48,553 bases of DNA from the NCBI GenBank assembly GCA_026026165.1, contig JAPEUD010000114.1, positions 1 through 48,553 of the forward strand. The letters are read 5' to 3'. How positions within the stretch are numbered: position 1 is the stretch's first letter; each line of letters starts with the position of its first letter. Shown one piece after another: positions 46,014 to 48,553 of this stretch. Below the pieces are notes generated by a model that made no database searches, was not told the DNA's origin, and saw only the letters and a list, made by a program, of their open reading frames with translations. The DNA comes from Sarea resinae. Lineage: Eukaryota. Both the position numbers and the translations under genes were made by a program.

Positions 46014-47990
46014 CTAGAGCAGAAGAAAGGGGGAATATGACAAACCTTCAAGGATCCTCTCTACCTCCTTCCTGTGCCTTCTTTCCTCATTGTGGAGAAG
46101 GACTGCCGTTGCAAAGTCCGGCGATTCGGAGAAGATTGAATCTTCCAACTCACCTGTATCCGTGCGTTGCGTAGCCACGTCTCGCCGTATCATGTTGACT
46201 GCCACGCTCTGACCTCCAAAATCCACCTTCGCCCGCTTCGCATCAGGTTCGCCGACGGCATCTAGTTCCGACGCACGCTTCGACCTGCGCGGATATAAAG
46301 GCGTAGAATACGCCGGTTGGCGGGATGATGAAGACGGACTTCGTTTGGTCTTTGCCAGCGCCTCGTCAATAAGTCTGGATGGTGTCACCGAGTTTGCCCA
46401 CGCCCTCATAGCGGCAGGTGAGGCAGACGGGGTTTGAGACTTTCTCGATCGATCGGCTAGGGTAATTGGAGATATCTTCTCTTCTGCCCTGGACTGCTCA
46501 CGGGGATGATTAGCACGCTTGGGGGTTGAAGGAACTGACCGTTTACCGCTTGCGGCCTCGGCACCGCCAGCAGAACTCTTCAATTTCCCAGCAATCTTAG
46601 CACGCTCCCCATAGGTACGTTGAAGAAAGCTTGTTATCTCATCTATACTACCCAATGAAAGACCCTCCTCGCCTACAAAATCAATCAGGTTACTTCTCAC
46701 CCAATCGAGCATAGACCCGATCGAATCCGGATCCTCGACTGCGGCACGGTGGTTGATGTGAATGTGGGCGAGACGGTTCCGATCGGCGTAGAATCGTACT
46801 GTCGAAATAGCCTTATCGAGCTCGATGAGACGACCAGTGTGCAGCCAAACGGCCTTATCTGCCCGACTCAAGCTGTCCTCGTGCACCTTAGCCACAGCCC
46901 TACAGAAGGCGTCCCGGACGGGAGTCCCGAGTGTAGGGTTGAGACCTTCGGCGTCGATCTTCTCGATAATCGAGGTCCATTCTCCAGACAATGCTTTGGC
47001 ATCATCATCCTTTTTATAGGATGATAATGTAGCTTTCCTCAGAAATCCCCCACAACGAGGCGGCAGCGGAGCTCATAGGCAGAGCAGGAGAGTATAGCCT
47101 TTCGGCTCTCGGTATCTGTCGTCATGTTAGCAAAATAAAGGGGATGGAATGCTTACCTGCTATTGATGTCGATGCTACTGATGTCGATGCTACTGATGTC
47201 GATGCTACTGATGTCGATGCTACTGATGTCGATGCTACTGATGTCGATGCTTAAGATGTCGATGCTTAAGACGAGAGGAAAGGGAAGGGGAAAGAGTAGT
47301 AGACACGAAAGCAAACAGATTATGGCACCGAGATGCTGTGTAAACAAAAGATCAGCCTTCCAAGCCGAAAAGGAAGGCGCTGACAAGTTAACAAGGGAAC
47401 AAGGGAAGACCGCAAACATAGAAGGAGAAGCGGAGGCACGACTCCCCTGAGATGGTCAGCACAACTCCTGCCGTACCAAAAGGTATCGGCTTTTGTTTCC
47501 ACCCATAACGCGGTCTCGATAGGCTCTCTCAATTTGTCCAACGGAGGGAAAGTGCGATCAGTAGGTCGACTGTAAGCATTGTCTGTTCATTTGTCCTTCT
47601 TTTCGACAAGTCTGTACACAGATTAGATGCTACAAATATGTTGCTAGATTCTGATCTGCCGAGTGATAATCTTGCTCCCTCTCTCAGAAAGTCTAAGAAA
47701 GCACAAGGCAAAGACAGAACTCCCCGCGCGGCGACAGATGCTCGAAGCCTTGGTCAGCAGGAAGCTGGGTTGCCCGAATAAAGATCCTACTCGTAGAGTC
47801 TTGCCAGCTCCATTGGTTGAGCGTCAACGGGTGGTCCGTGTGCGCTCACGGCAAACGAGCTCCCATTGCCTGCTGTCGACCACCAGGAGTTGAAGAGCAA
47901 GCTGGGTATCTCCATTTATTTGGCTGTTTGGCGCTTCTCAAATCCATGCAGGTGGACCAAAATCTTCCTCTCTAGAAATCACATGGCCAC
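46014..47990 (-). pseudogene. orphan multi-exon gene, intact 3' part (325-codon frame) and disrupted 5' part
   Basis: Open frame 46014-46991 and slightly beyond. Upstream there is an apparent frameshift near 47050, a GTAAGC...GCTAAC...CAG intron (~47156-47116), an exon crossing a 15-bp repeat, and further protein-like frames with scattered TAA/TAG/TGA up to ~47990. Confidence 0.45.
47165..47269. repeat. 15-bp minisatellite (GATGTCGATGCTACT)x5 plus two GATGTCGATGCTTAA variants
   Basis: Units start at 47165, 47180, 47195, 47210, 47225, 47240 and 47255. Confidence 0.95.
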
Positions 47991-48150
47991 GTTTGAGGCG
48001 CCGGCCCACAACAACTCGCATCGGACCGGATACTGTCTCGAAATGATATCAGTAGGAGAGAATCAACCTCAAGAATATTGCGAATGAGCATACAGTAGGT
48101 AGGCTGTTAGTCGTACTCTCCCCTGAGGGCAGTCCACCTGGTAATTGCTA

Positions 48151-48213
48151 AGGTACCTTATCTTAAGGGCCTACTACTCCGGAGTACATACCTTCAGGTA
48201 AGATAAGGTACCT
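48151..48213. repeat. perfect 15-bp inverted repeat enclosing a 12-bp palindrome
   Basis: AGGTACCTTATCTTA (48151-48165) and TAAGATAAGGTACCT (48199-48213), with central TACTCCGGAGTA (48175-48186). Confidence 0.9.
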
Positions 48214-48426
48214 CCAGGGCTTGTTGTGAAGATGCTCCATTAGTACTAGAAGCTTCAATTAACCCAACTCCGGAGTGAACCACCTCATCCATCTCTTCTG
48301 ACTCACTACCCCTCCAGCTCCTTCATGGCCTCCTCCTACCTTACTATATGAACAATTGATCTTGCTTCAGTAATCATCCTACTATACTCCTCCTTTCCTC
48401 CTCTTCTTCTGCTTCTTCTTCGTCTT

Positions 48427-48553
48427 CTTCTCCTTCTCCTTCTCCTTCTCCTTCTCCTTCTCCTTCTCCTTCTCCTTCTCCTTCTCCTTCTCCTTCTCCT
48501 TCTCCTTCTCCTTCTCCTTCTCCTTCTCCTTCTCCTTCTCCTTCTCCTTCTCC
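48427..48553. repeat. (CTCCTT)n hexanucleotide microsatellite running off the window end
   Basis: About 20 consecutive CTCCTT units to the last base. Confidence 0.95.

Overview
Eukaryotic DNA from a filamentous ascomycete (Pezizomycotina-type short GT-AG introns with CTRAY branch points, plus TpA-rich patches consistent with RIP). About 12 intact intron-containing or single-exon genes are recognisable. In order: a small hydrophilic protein, INO80 subunit Iec3, a Nop13-like two-RRM protein, a Btz/CASC3-domain protein, an NBR1-like ZZ/FW autophagy receptor, a leaderless pepsin-family protease, ALG13, mitoribosomal RSM24/mS35, a CCCH zinc-finger protein, the rRNA methyltransferase MRM1, a Mit1/CHD-type remodeler, NMT1/THI5 and a HAD hydrolase. 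The clearest non-coding element is a complete TPP riboswitch in a 5'-UTR intron of NMT1, with two 5' splice sites, uATGs and a splice-site-blocking complementarity. The best unexplained signals are a GC-rich, extensively self-complementary ~275-nt intergenic segment at ~27.5-27.8 kb (candidate structured ncRNA) and a decayed repeat zone at 44-48.5 kb. That zone holds a TA-flanked foldback element, an array of AACGAGCGAC units mutated mostly at CpG, an orphan ORF with an RxxxxH motif, and a 15-bp perfect inverted repeat. Both ends of the window contain pseudogene remnants. All family assignments are from motif recognition by eye; no searches were run.
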